Assembly (NCBI GenBank): GCA_965649765.1
Contig: OZ287750.1
Span: forward strand, 46,128,001 to 46,192,000
DNA from: Bispira polyomma
Lineage: Eukaryota
Direction of reading: 5' to 3'
DNA length: 64,000 nucleotides
In this document: piece after piece, positions 62,413 through 64,000 of the stretch
Position numbering within the stretch: the stretch's first letter is position 1
How the letters are laid out: every line of letters begins with the position of its first letter
The notes under the pieces: generated by a model
Databases searched by the model: none
What the model saw: only the letters and a program-made list of their open reading frames with translations
Told to the model about the DNA's origin: nothing
Program-made: the position numbers and the translations under genes

Positions 62413-64000
62413 ATCAGGGTGAGGGCAGCAGAAAACAAGTAAATGATCATATGGTTAGTACTAACGCATGTGTTGAACAGAATGGTGTGGACTTGGGGAA
62501 AGTCAAATATACTGCTTCTCCTGTTGTGGCTAATGTATTTAGAACAAGAGTCTTCTATCGTACTGGTGTTAATGTAAAAGAAACCCAGGCTTTATTAACA
62601 CGTAAAAGTGAACAAAGTTTTAAGTATACAAGCACAGTCACCCCAAGTAGGCAAAGCAATCGAATCATTAGTAAAGTCTTTCATTCCAAAAGAACAATGG
62701 CCTATACAGACAATCAAAGTAATGGCACAAATAAAAACATGGACGTGGCTTTAACACTGACGACGAGTAAGGGTGGTGTCAGCCAAGACTTAGTTCAAGG
62801 TAAGGAATGGGAAAAAACTGACCAAAGTGACATTCACTTGACTGACATGATTCGTGACATGCCTGTTGAAACAACTCAAGTTAGCAGTAGTGACACCAAT
62901 AAAACTGATCAAGGTGAACTAAGTGACAATCCTACAAAACCAAACCATTTGCTTTATGATGTCAATAGGAACACAGATGATAATAAATTCATCAATTCTG
63001 TATTGGGAAGAATAAAGACATGGACAGTACCAATTTGATCAATGTGGCCAGTTTTGAAGCTTGGCATACTCAGTCAGAGTTTGACTTTGGATTTATCCCC
63101 TTGCCTGATCCAATGGCTAGTGACAAATCTAAAGCAAAAAACATCCAAACAATACTTGATCCTTTTCACCAACATGAGGTAATCAAGAACAGTGGAGATT
63201 ATAACTTCAGGGGTGCACGAATACCATTGGTTTCACAGTTAAATGTCAAAAAATGGCGCACATATCTCAATGGGTACTGGGATAAGCAGTTGGTGGAATT
63301 GATTGAATTTTGTTTCCCGGTAGATCTTAATAGGCAGTGCTCTTTGAGGTTGGAAGGTAATAACCATAAGTCGGCCACTGACCATCCAGAAGACATTGAA
63401 GTATACTTGCAGGAAGAGGCCAAGTATGGGGCTATATTAGGTCCTTTTAGTGAACATCCAATTAAAGGGGAGCACTTCTCCCCATTCATGAGCAGAGAAA
63501 AACCAAATTCGGTTAATAGAAGGGTGATAGTTGACCTCAGCTGGCCCCCAGAGGCCTCAGTAAACGCAGGTGTGGACAAAAACCAGTATTTGGGGGTCAA
63601 GTTTAATTTGACCTTCCCTACAATTGACCATATAACTACTGAACTAAACAAGTTAGGTAGGGGTGCCCTACTTTACAAGATTGACGTGAGCCGTGCATTC
63701 AGGCACGTAAAAATAGACCCACATGACTATGACCTCCTAGGCCTATATTGGCAGGGGGCGTACGTAGATACGTGCCTCCCATTCGGAAGTAGGCATGGCA
63801 GCCAAATATTCCAAAGATTGAGTGACACGGTACGTTATGTTATGCGTTGCCATGGTTACAGTGTCGTAAATTATATCGACGACTTTATCGGGTATGGTAC
63901 GCCCTCTGTCGTCCAAAAATCGTATGATTGCTTATTTAGCACCTTGCAAGATCTTGGTTTAAATATCAATGACAAAAAACTCATAACACCTGCAACCCAG
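62385..64000 (+). pseudogene. pol of element 3 (stop/frameshift near 63038; RT runs off the window end)
   Basis: SPFMSREKP, RRVIVDLSWP, KIDVSRAFRH, CLPFGSRHGS, NYIDDF. Confidence 0.85.

Larger units (their letters stand above)
60540..64000 (+). mobile_element. Ngaro/PAT-like YR retrotransposon 3; decayed, runs off the window end, 5' end approximate
   Basis: gag and pol homologous to element 2. Confidence 0.85.

Overview
AT-rich eukaryotic genomic DNA from an invertebrate animal, probably a lophotrochozoan (judged only from repeat and intron style). One intact host gene can be rebuilt: an 8-exon D-amino-acid/D-aspartate oxidase ending in PTS1 'SKL' (6392-15035). There is also a decaying tandem family of ankyrin-repeat/coiled-coil/double death-domain genes (about 17.6k, 18.7-21.5k and 41.6-44.4k). 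The rest is mostly transposons: three Ngaro/PAT-like tyrosine-recombinase (YR) retrotransposons, an L1/Tx1-type LINE, an L2-type LINE remnant, a DIRS1 remnant interrupted by a Gmr1-type Gypsy element, a Penelope remnant, tRNA-derived SINEs, MITEs and minisatellites. The most notable signals come from comparing the three divergent Ngaro-like elements. They share (i) a canonical A-AAA-AAC -1 frameshift site plus hairpin joining gag to pol, (ii) phase-matched splice sites that would fuse the gag N-terminus to the recombinase, and (iii) a conserved structured non-coding RNA region after the YR gene, including a pistol-ribozyme-like motif. Separately, the L1/Tx1 ORF1 carries a NADAR (YbiA-like ADP-ribose hydrolase/N-glycosidase) domain. 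All family assignments come from motif recognition by eye; no searches were run.
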